A stretch of DNA of 44,027 nucleotides, from contig JBCCQY010000066.1 in assembly GCA_039208735.1 (NCBI GenBank), forward strand, positions 1-44,027, written 5' to 3'. This DNA is from Myxococcota bacterium (GTDB lineage Bacteria; Myxococcota_A; UBA796; GCA-2862545). Shown piece by piece: positions 36,771 to 44,027 of the stretch. The notes beneath the pieces were generated by a model, which saw only the letters and a list, made by a program, of their open reading frames with translations, did not search any database and was not told the DNA's origin. Both the position numbers and the translations under genes were made by a program. Numbering within the stretch: the stretch's first letter is position 1; the number at the start of each line of letters is the position of its first letter.

Positions 36771-39770
36771 ATGGCATCCGGATCGCCAGTACTGATGATG
36801 TGGGCGTTTGCAAGACTGGGACTCGTGCCAGGCCTCGGTCCCACACCGCCTGAGATGGAGCTTGCGGCGCTGCAAGCGAAGGCCTTTCAGGGCGACACGC
36901 TGGTGACCTACCGCGACGGCGAGACCGTCATGGGGGCCATCGTCGACGAGGGACACCGGTTGCCCCTAAGCTACGACCAACTTCCGCTCGCCTGGCGGGT
37001 GGCCGTGGTGGCCGCCGAAGATGGGGGATTCTGGCGCCATTCGGGCTTCAGTGTGCAAGGCGTGATGCGGGCGGTCCGCGACAACCTCACGGCGGGTACC
37101 GTGGTGTCGGGCGGCTCCACGATCACGCAGCAAACCGTCAAGAATCTCCTGGACCGTCGCAAGCGAACGCTCGGCGCGAAGTGGGAGGAGCTCGACCACG
37201 CCATCCATCTCGAAGAGGTCGCGTCGAAAGAAGACATCCTCACGATGTACTCGAACCTGTTTCACGTGACAGGCACGAATAGCGGACTTGGGGTGGCCGC
37301 CCGGCACTTTTTCGATCAGACCCCCGACGGGTTGTCGCTGTTGGAGCATGCGTTCATTGCGGGTCAGCTGCAATCGCCAGCTGCGTTCGACCCGTTCGAT
37401 GGTTCGCCCGAAGCTCAAGCGGCCACTCGGGCGAGGGCGCAGGAACGCACGGCGTACGTGCTGCGTCGCATTTGCGACGAACGGATCGACGCGCTTTTGC
37501 CCCCCGGAGCTGCCACCACCGATGTCGAGGCCCTTCGCCAAGAGGCCCGGCGGCTGCTTGAGCAAGGCGTGGTCCTTTCCTTTCGCCAGGGTAGCTTTCG
37601 CTACACACCCAACACCATGGTGGATGAAGTCCAACGTCGGCTTCAGACAAAGGCACTGCGCGAGGCGCTTGCCGAGGCAGGCCACCCAACACCCGCCGGA
37701 CTCACCGTGGTCACCACCCTCGACCCTGACGTCCAGCGCGACGCGACCTGGGGTTTGTGGCACCACCTCACCGAGTTGGGACTTCGGTTGGAGCAGGGCA
37801 CGGTCGACGATTTGATCGTGGCTGAAGCCGACCGCGCGACCCTGCCGGTATCCGATGTGTGGTCGATCCACGCATTTGCGGTGGGCACGGTGACCGAGCG
37901 AACCTCGGCGGGGGAACTTCAGGTTCGAATCGACGAGGAAACGTCGTGTAAGGTGGATTTCGCGGCCCTAGACCGGCTTGGGCGTGTCTTGAGGGTTCGT
38001 CCCTGGCAAGTGTCGGCGGGACTGCCCGAAGGCACGTCGGTCTGGCTCTCGCAGCGAGAAGCCGGTCGGTGTGACCTTGAGGCCGTGCCCGAGCTGCAGG
38101 GAGCGGCCTTTGTGGTGGAGGAGGGCCGCGTGCGGGCCATGGTCGGGGGGCACACGAACCGGGACTTCGACCGCACTCAGGCCCCGCGTCAGTTCGGCTC
38201 TGCCTTCAAGCCCCTGATTTTCCATGCGGCGATGAGCTTGGGATGGCGCCCTGACAATACCCTGCCGAACTACCCTATGCCGTTCACCTACTCCAAGACG
38301 GTCTATGAGCCACGTCAGGATCATGCTGCGCCGGCTTCGGTGAGCCTGGCGCAGGCGGGGGCGAGCTCCGAGAACGTGGCTTCGGTTTGGCTCCTGGTTC
38401 ACCTCGTGGATCGGATGGCGTTCGATGGGCTGTCGTGGTTGGCCGACAAGGTGGGCTTGGCCAGGCATTCCGGCGAATCGATGGCCGATTATCGGAAGCG
38501 GCTACGCCAGGCTGGAATCCGCGTCTCAACTGCAGATCTACCGGACATTGCCGCTCGCATGGCGGCCGCGGACTATAGCGCCACGCACCCCGAGCGGCGC
38601 GATGTCGTGACGCGAACCGTCTGGAGTGTCGATTCGCTGGAACGCGCCACCTCGCTCATGGAGGCGTGTGAGCAGCAGTTCGAGGCGCTTCGTGGTGCGT
38701 TGGACCGAGGTGTACGGCCCACGGCCTCCGACCTGTCAGTGCGACGGAGTGACCGGGGATTGGAGTTGGCCTGCAAGGTCACTTGGGATGAGTTTGTACC
38801 GGTCGATGGATTCGCCGAATTTCAGCCTCCGGACCGGCCAAAGCGAAAGAGGCGACGGCGTGCGATGGCCGTCGTTCCTCCGCGGCCGCCCCTCCCCTTG
38901 GACCTCGACCGTTTGTATGTTGGGGATGCTCTACAGTATGGAGAGCTTTCGGCCTTGCGTTGGCGTCAGGCCACCATCCTGCGTGAACTTCAAGCGGATT
39001 CAGGCGCGCTTCATCAGCCCGAAATCCTGAACTGGCACGGAGATTTTCGTACGGCGATGGCGTTGCGGTACGTCCAGGATGTTGCGGCCCAATACGGGGT
39101 GAAAACGGAATTGCACCCTGTGTTGTCTCTGCCTTTGGGTGCCTGTGAACTCACCTTGCAGGAAATCACGACGCTGTATGCGGGGCTGTCTTCAGGGTAC
39201 TATGCGACACCACAGCATCCCGAAGTGGGACCGGCCTTGCTCATCCAAGAGATTCGGGACCGCACGGGTCGAGTGATCTATCGGGCGTCTCCCAAACCCG
39301 CGCCGGTCCTCGAGCCCACCGTAGGTGACTTCACCGCCGACATCTTGCGGAATGTGGTGGACGCGGGCACCGGGCGAAGGGCGCGCGGCGTGGTGAAGGT
39401 CCGTGGCAGTGCCGTACCTATTGGTGGGAAAACAGGAACCACCAACGGTTACCGGAATGCAGCGTTCGTGGGGTTCGTTCCCGCCGCGCAAGACAAAGGC
39501 TACGACGCGGCAAGTGGTCATCACATCGGCGTTTACGTTGGCTACGATGACAACCGCGAAATGAAGGGCCGCGGATTGCGGGTATCGGGAAGCGTGGGTG
39601 CGCTCCCTCCGTTTCGTTCGATCGCGAAGACGATTGGGGACCGGACCTCGAGCCCACCACGCTTTGCAAGGCCCGAGGGCGGGCGTTGGTCACTTCGCCA
39701 CCATCGTACGTTGGAACACCGTCGGATTGGTCGCCTCGACGTGTTGACGGACGCCCTCGCGCTTCGCTGA
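36771..39770 (+). CDS. Class A penicillin-binding protein (transglycosylase-transpeptidase, PBP1A-like) with large insertions
   Basis: GT51 motifs AAEDGGFWRH, GGSTITQQ, KEDILTMY; TP motifs SAFK, SEN, KTG. Possible promoter GTGACA-N17-TACAAC at 36720-36748. Confidence 0.92.
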   Translation: MASGSPVLMMWAFARLGLVPGLGPTPPEMELAALQAKAFQGDTLVTYRDGETVMGAIVDEGHRLPLSYDQLPLAWRVAVVAAEDGGFWRHSGFSVQGVMRAVRDNLTAGTVVSGGSTITQQTVKNLLDRRKRTLGAKWEELDHAIHLEEVASKEDILTMYSNLFHVTGTNSGLGVAARHFFDQTPDGLSLLEHAFIAGQLQSPAAFDPFDGSPEAQAATRARAQERTAYVLRRICDERIDALLPPGAATTDVEALRQEARRLLEQGVVLSFRQGSFRYTPNTMVDEVQRRLQTKALREALAEAGHPTPAGLTVVTTLDPDVQRDATWGLWHHLTELGLRLEQGTVDDLIVAEADRATLPVSDVWSIHAFAVGTVTERTSAGELQVRIDEETSCKVDFAALDRLGRVLRVRPWQVSAGLPEGTSVWLSQREAGRCDLEAVPELQGAAFVVEEGRVRAMVGGHTNRDFDRTQAPRQFGSAFKPLIFHAAMSLGWRPDNTLPNYPMPFTYSKTVYEPRQDHAAPASVSLAQAGASSENVASVWLLVHLVDRMAFDGLSWLADKVGLARHSGESMADYRKRLRQAGIRVSTADLPDIAARMAAADYSATHPERRDVVTRTVWSVDSLERATSLMEACEQQFEALRGALDRGVRPTASDLSVRRSDRGLELACKVTWDEFVPVDGFAEFQPPDRPKRKRRRRAMAVVPPRPPLPLDLDRLYVGDALQYGELSALRWRQATILRELQADSGALHQPEILNWHGDFRTAMALRYVQDVAAQYGVKTELHPVLSLPLGACELTLQEITTLYAGLSSGYYATPQHPEVGPALLIQEIRDRTGRVIYRASPKPAPVLEPTVGDFTADILRNVVDAGTGRRARGVVKVRGSAVPIGGKTGTTNGYRNAAFVGFVPAAQDKGYDAASGHHIGVYVGYDDNREMKGRGLRVSGSVGALPPFRSIAKTIGDRTSSPPRFARPEGGRWSLRHHRTLEHRRIGRLDVLTDALALR

Positions 39771-39983
39771 GCCCAGGTTTCCGAGGCCGATCGCAACGCG
39801 CAGGTCTGGGGATCTGACGCTTCCTTGGCCCAACCCCATGGCCGTCCTTGACCCAAGGGTCGGGAGTAGGGTTCACTGCGGTTCGTCATCGAGGCACCCG
39901 GCGCGGAGCCGGCTCGGTGCTGCGATTCCGTGTGCAACCTAAGGGGCGCGTCTCCTTAGCTCGGTGCACCGATCGTCCTCCTC

Positions 39984-42089
39984 ATGGAAGAAAGGGGCCC
40001 GATGTCACTGAAGGACCGCCTCCTGCTCCGCCTCGGCCCTCCTGATGCTGAGGACACGTCCGGCCCCGACCGCCTGCTCACTCTCGTGACGGTGGTTCTG
40101 TTGATCGGGATTGCGACGGTGGCCCTTATCGTCTCCGTGCTAACTGCGATGGACCTCTTTACCATTGCCACGTTCGTGGGGTTCCTGGTGTGGAATCTTG
40201 GGGCATGGGTCGTCGTCTGGCGTGGGGCCACGCGTTGGGGCGGAGCGATGGTCTGTTTGGGGTTGGTGGCGTTCCTTGTTGCGTACACTCCGATGTCCGG
40301 TGGCGTCCAAGGCCCGGCCCCTCTCGCTCTCCCGGTGGTCTGCCTTCTCGCGGCTCTGATGCTTGGGCCCATCGCCGGGCTCGGAATGGCCATCGTAACT
40401 GTCCTGGTGCTAGGTCTGCTTTGGTATGTTGAGGTTGGTCTAGGCGGGGTCCCCTTGCGAACGGCGTCTCCGATGGATCAACTGGTGACCACCGCGAGTC
40501 TCTCGGGCATTGTTGCGGCATTGGTCGGACTAAAATTGCTGCGATTGCAGGGGGCCGTCCAACGCGAACAACAAACGGCGAAGCAGAAGGACGATGAACT
40601 CGAGCAGCGACGCACCAGCGAGGTTCAGTTGCGGGCTGCCATCGCCGAAGCCACGGCTGCAAGTGAGGCGAAAAGTCAGTTTCTCGCCAACGTGAGCCAC
40701 GAACTCCGCACGCCGCTGAACGCGATCATTGGCTACGCTGACTTGCTGCTCGAAGAAGGGGACGGAGCAGCGGAAGACCTCGAGCGGATCCGCAAGTCGG
40801 GTGTGCACTTATTGAATCTGATCAACGATGTGCTCGACCTCTCCAAGATCGAGGCCGGCCGGATGGCTCTCGTGCAAGAGGAGGTCGCGATGTTGCACCT
40901 CGTGCATGAGGTGCTCGATACCGTCCGCCCCAGCATTGCGGAGCGCAGCAATCGCTTGACCGTCGAGGTGTTCGAAGGGCTCGGCATTGGCATGACGGAT
41001 GGGCTTCGGGTCAGGCAGATCTTGCTGAACCTACTCTCGAATGCGGCCAAGTTTACGGATCGGGGGGAAGTTCGATTCTCGGCGGTACGAAAGTCCGTTC
41101 GGAACGGTGAGGTGTTCGTGTTCGAAGTGGAAGACACGGGCATCGGAATTGGGCCCGAGGCGATGAGGCGCTTGTTTGTTCCATTTGTGCAAGGGGAACC
41201 GACCACGGCGCGCCAATTCGGGGGTACGGGGCTTGGGCTGTCCTTGTCGGGTCACTTCGCCCGTTTGTTGGGCGGGGACCTCACCGCCAAGAGCGAGTTA
41301 GGACGGGGGAGCTGCTTTACGTTGACCCTACCGGTAGCCAGCCCCGAACTCACCTCCCACGTGCCCTCGCTTCCCCCAGGGCCGTCCGAACGGTTGCAGG
41401 GGTCCTGGATCGACGCGGCGCAGCCAGATGAAGACCTGCAGAACCTTGTGGTGCAGGCGGGGCGGTTGGCTCGGGCCCCCATCGCCTTGGTGAGCCTCCT
41501 TAGCGAATACGTCCAGGTGTGGCCGGCGCGGGTGGGCCTGCCGGCGGACCTAGAGTTGGTACGAGGCACCTCGGTTTGTGACTCCCTGTGTCAGTTCGTC
41601 GCAAGGCGAGAGGCGCCATTCACGGTCAACGACTGGATGGAAGAGCCGGCGTTGCCGCAGCGCGTGATGCATTCTCATGCGGTTCGTGCCTACCTCGGGG
41701 TGCCCCTCCGGTTGCGGGGTCGCGTGGTGGGGTCCTTGTGTGTGCTAGACACGGCCCCTCGCACTTGGAGCAACCCCATGACGTCAGGGTTGCAGGCGCT
41801 CGCCATTCGGGTGTCCCACCGACTTGAGCAGCTGGTCCAAGGCGGGGTGTCCCTCGATGCGGTGCTCCAACAGGCCGAACTTGGAATGATCACGCGCACG
41901 CTGGAGGCGGTCGCACAAGGGACTCTCACCCCACAGGAAGCGCGTGGGGCCTTCGAGCTTCTCGGTCAGCCCGCCGGCCTCCTCAAGGAGGCGTTGACGG
42001 ACGCACGTTACGCGGCGAACCTCTCCGAGCAGTACGGTGGGAACCTTCCGCAAATGCTCGAGTTGCTTGCGTCCATCGACTCGGATTAA
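39984..42089 (+). CDS. Membrane sensor histidine kinase with a C-terminal GAF domain
   Basis: About five TM helices; FLANVSHELRTPLNAIIG H-box; NLLSNAAKFT, DTGIG, GGTGLGL; then APIALVSL...SLCQFV...RAYLGVPL...GSLCVLD GAF. Confidence 0.92.
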   Translation: MEERGPMSLKDRLLLRLGPPDAEDTSGPDRLLTLVTVVLLIGIATVALIVSVLTAMDLFTIATFVGFLVWNLGAWVVVWRGATRWGGAMVCLGLVAFLVAYTPMSGGVQGPAPLALPVVCLLAALMLGPIAGLGMAIVTVLVLGLLWYVEVGLGGVPLRTASPMDQLVTTASLSGIVAALVGLKLLRLQGAVQREQQTAKQKDDELEQRRTSEVQLRAAIAEATAASEAKSQFLANVSHELRTPLNAIIGYADLLLEEGDGAAEDLERIRKSGVHLLNLINDVLDLSKIEAGRMALVQEEVAMLHLVHEVLDTVRPSIAERSNRLTVEVFEGLGIGMTDGLRVRQILLNLLSNAAKFTDRGEVRFSAVRKSVRNGEVFVFEVEDTGIGIGPEAMRRLFVPFVQGEPTTARQFGGTGLGLSLSGHFARLLGGDLTAKSELGRGSCFTLTLPVASPELTSHVPSLPPGPSERLQGSWIDAAQPDEDLQNLVVQAGRLARAPIALVSLLSEYVQVWPARVGLPADLELVRGTSVCDSLCQFVARREAPFTVNDWMEEPALPQRVMHSHAVRAYLGVPLRLRGRVVGSLCVLDTAPRTWSNPMTSGLQALAIRVSHRLEQLVQGGVSLDAVLQQAELGMITRTLEAVAQGTLTPQEARGAFELLGQPAGLLKEALTDARYAANLSEQYGGNLPQMLELLASIDSD

Positions 42090-43199
42090 CTAGCGTTGGA
42101 GCTTGAGTAAGGCGTCGCCCAGTCCACTTAGGTAGATCGGCCCCTCTTCGACCGGCAGGATGATGCCTGTGATCATGGCGGGCAGTGGCTCCCAGGCCGC
42201 CGGGGTGAGCAAGCCCAAGCGGGATTCTCCGCTCTGACCCAAGCTCGCAAACTGTTGGGCAACGCCCATTTGCGCTTCGGTGGCCGGAGCGAATGCACTG
42301 TGTACCTCACCACTGGTGGTGTCGAGAATGAGGAGTTCGCACGGGAGGGGGGCGGCGATCCATAGTCGTCCTTCGCCATCGAGCTCGAGATTGTCGACGA
42401 CTTTGCCCTCCACCACGGCACTCGGCTCGCCGACCGTGCCTTCCTCAAGGTTCACGTCGTAGCGCGACACCCGACCTGCCACCGTCTCTGCAAGGTAGAG
42501 ATGCCCATTCGCTTCGTCGATCGCAAAGCCGTTGGCAAAGAAGAGGCCATCGACCACGAGGGTGGGCTCCTTCGCAAGTTGCCCGTCTTCCATCGCAAGT
42601 CGATACAGCGCTCCCTCCGCGGTGCCCTTATCGATGCTGACCCACATCCGGGCCTCGCCGGCCTCTGGAGGATTGTGTGCACTTTGGGTGAACCAAATGG
42701 CGCCCGTCGAATCTCGGATGGCGGTATTGACGCCGTAATTGTGTTGATAGACGCGCTCGGACGCCCCCGAAGCGATGTCGACGCGGTAGATGCCGCCCCG
42801 GTACACATCGGCCACGAGAAGATGGGTGCCCGCTGGCTCGATGGAAACGCTGTTTGCACCTCCGGCGTTCTCGGGGGGCTCGTGCGAGTAGCCCACCTCG
42901 GTAAGGTTACCGAACGGCTCGCTGCTGCCGTCCGCTTGCACTTCGCGAAGGCCCTTTTGTTGATCGCTCACAATCAACCGTCCGTCGGGCAGCAACACCC
43001 CATCTTCAGGCCGAAACAACGAACGGTCGGCCGGGAAGATCATCGCGGGATCGAAATTCCATTGAGGCAATGGGGCCACTTCGGGGGTCGCTTCGGCCTC
43101 GGCCTCAGGGGCGACGGCGGGCTGCGGTGTGCTGCGCGTCGCGCACCCCATGGCGGACGCAAAGAGAACACAAGTCAAGGTCAAGGTGGAACAACGCAT
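42090..43199 (-). CDS. SMP-30/gluconolactonase/strictosidine synthase-like beta-propeller lipoprotein
   Basis: Lipobox SAMGC; RPEDG, FANGFAI, VDNLELDGEGRLWIA; AGGAGG upstream of ATG 43199. Confidence 0.85.
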   Translation of the reverse strand: MRCSTLTLTCVLFASAMGCATRSTPQPAVAPEAEAEATPEVAPLPQWNFDPAMIFPADRSLFRPEDGVLLPDGRLIVSDQQKGLREVQADGSSEPFGNLTEVGYSHEPPENAGGANSVSIEPAGTHLLVADVYRGGIYRVDIASGASERVYQHNYGVNTAIRDSTGAIWFTQSAHNPPEAGEARMWVSIDKGTAEGALYRLAMEDGQLAKEPTLVVDGLFFANGFAIDEANGHLYLAETVAGRVSRYDVNLEEGTVGEPSAVVEGKVVDNLELDGEGRLWIAAPLPCELLILDTTSGEVHSAFAPATEAQMGVAQQFASLGQSGESRLGLLTPAAWEPLPAMITGIILPVEEGPIYLSGLGDALLKLQR

Positions 43200-43252
43200 C
43201 GCGAACCTCCTGTGGTGGACGACGTTACCACCCAAGCGCGATCGGGTTGGAG

Positions 43253-43488
43253 ATGGTCATGGATGTCGACGATCTGGCGGACGCGTTGGTGCTTTGGCGC
43301 GAGGCTCGACACCCGGTCATCGGATCGAGGAGCGTACGGACATTGGGACGTTGACGAGTCCTCACGCGATGCTCCACGGAGGGACGCTTCGTTACGAACG
43401 AGGTGCCGCGGATACTTTCGACCATGCCATGGTGACCGGGCACTGGGCTGACGCTTACGATGCACCATGTCCGACGCACGTCCGATGA
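43253..43488 (+). pseudogene. Possible gene remnant
   Basis: GGAG plus ATG, then MVMDVDDLADALVLWREARHPVI; protein-like sequence continues only in another frame. Confidence 0.3.
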
Positions 43489-43535
43489 CGTGGCCCTAGC
43501 GCACGCATAATTGCACCGCCGACACAGGAGGAAAC

Positions 43536-44000
43536 ATGCGGAAGTCCATGTTCATTGCAATTGTGGCGGTGGCGTGCGGTGGGGGGGGCGACTACTCCGT
43601 CGACGACATCGAAGCAGGTCTGGTGTCCGGTACGATCGGAGGGGCGAGCTGGGAAATGGTTGAGGCGCAGGTCGAGGTCGACCCGTTCGATGCCAACCAG
43701 CTGTCGATCGAGGTGTTCGCCGAGGACGTTGATGACTGTACCTTTGCCAGCTCGAAAGAGCCTTTCTTGTTGTTCTCGGTCGACAATCAGACCGGTGAAT
43801 ACCCACTCAGCTTTGACTTGCTTCAGGGCGGTCAGACCATCACCATCGTCGAACCCCCCGCCAACAACAACATCGCGGCCGAGGGCATCATCGATCTGGT
43901 GGTGAATGAGGGCAGCATCGAGGTGGGCTTGGTGGCCTTCATCGATGATGACTACAACGTGAATGGAAGCTTCACCGCCGATATCTGCGATTCGAAGTGA
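43536..44000 (+). CDS. Hypothetical acidic lipoprotein
   Basis: AGGAGG SD; MRKSMFIAIVAVAC lipobox; beta-rich body ending VNGSFTADIC. Confidence 0.8.
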   Translation: MRKSMFIAIVAVACGGGGDYSVDDIEAGLVSGTIGGASWEMVEAQVEVDPFDANQLSIEVFAEDVDDCTFASSKEPFLLFSVDNQTGEYPLSFDLLQGGQTITIVEPPANNNIAAEGIIDLVVNEGSIEVGLVAFIDDDYNVNGSFTADICDSK

Positions 44001-44027
44001 GGTGAATCCCCAGGATGACCGCACTCC

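Noticed and set aside
497..43451. Numerous long alternative-frame or antisense ORFs (e.g. 497-1429, 13006-14055, 21583-22443, 32631-33488, 42501-43451)
   Set aside because: Arg/Pro/Ala-rich shadows of motif-supported genes, expected in high-GC DNA.

Overview
GC-rich bacterial chromosomal segment. The gene repertoire and short signal peptides look Myxococcota/deltaproteobacterial (inference only). About 40 CDS are supported; no rRNA, tRNA, CRISPR array or transposase was recognised. Left to right: a structured REP-like repeat (1-283); lipid/xenobiotic metabolism genes (esterase, acyl-CoA dehydrogenase, two TetR regulators, and a divergent operon of outer-membrane barrel, heme-thiolate-peroxygenase-like protein and SDR, followed by a flavin monooxygenase); an aquaporin; a tightly coupled five-gene tailoring operon (Rieske oxygenase, GNAT-like protein, extended SDR, metallo-beta-lactamase fold, ATP-grasp); an acyl-carrier module (hexapeptide acyltransferase, atypical ACP, AMP ligase, ketoreductase, miniature PPTase-like ORF) abutting a dTDP-3-amino-3,6-dideoxyhexose/flippase/glycosyltransferase locus; a TetR-controlled OMP plus GH2-like glycosidase; a pseudo-receiver/wHTH/ATPase/TPR regulator; a large class A PBP; a histidine kinase with a C-terminal GAF; an SMP-30 lipoprotein; and several deletion-scarred gene remnants. 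The best candidates for new biology are the bacterial UPO-like protein (6801-7457) and the ACP-dependent acyl-aminosugar/glycan tailoring cluster (12970-27418). All family calls come from motif recognition by eye; no database search was run.
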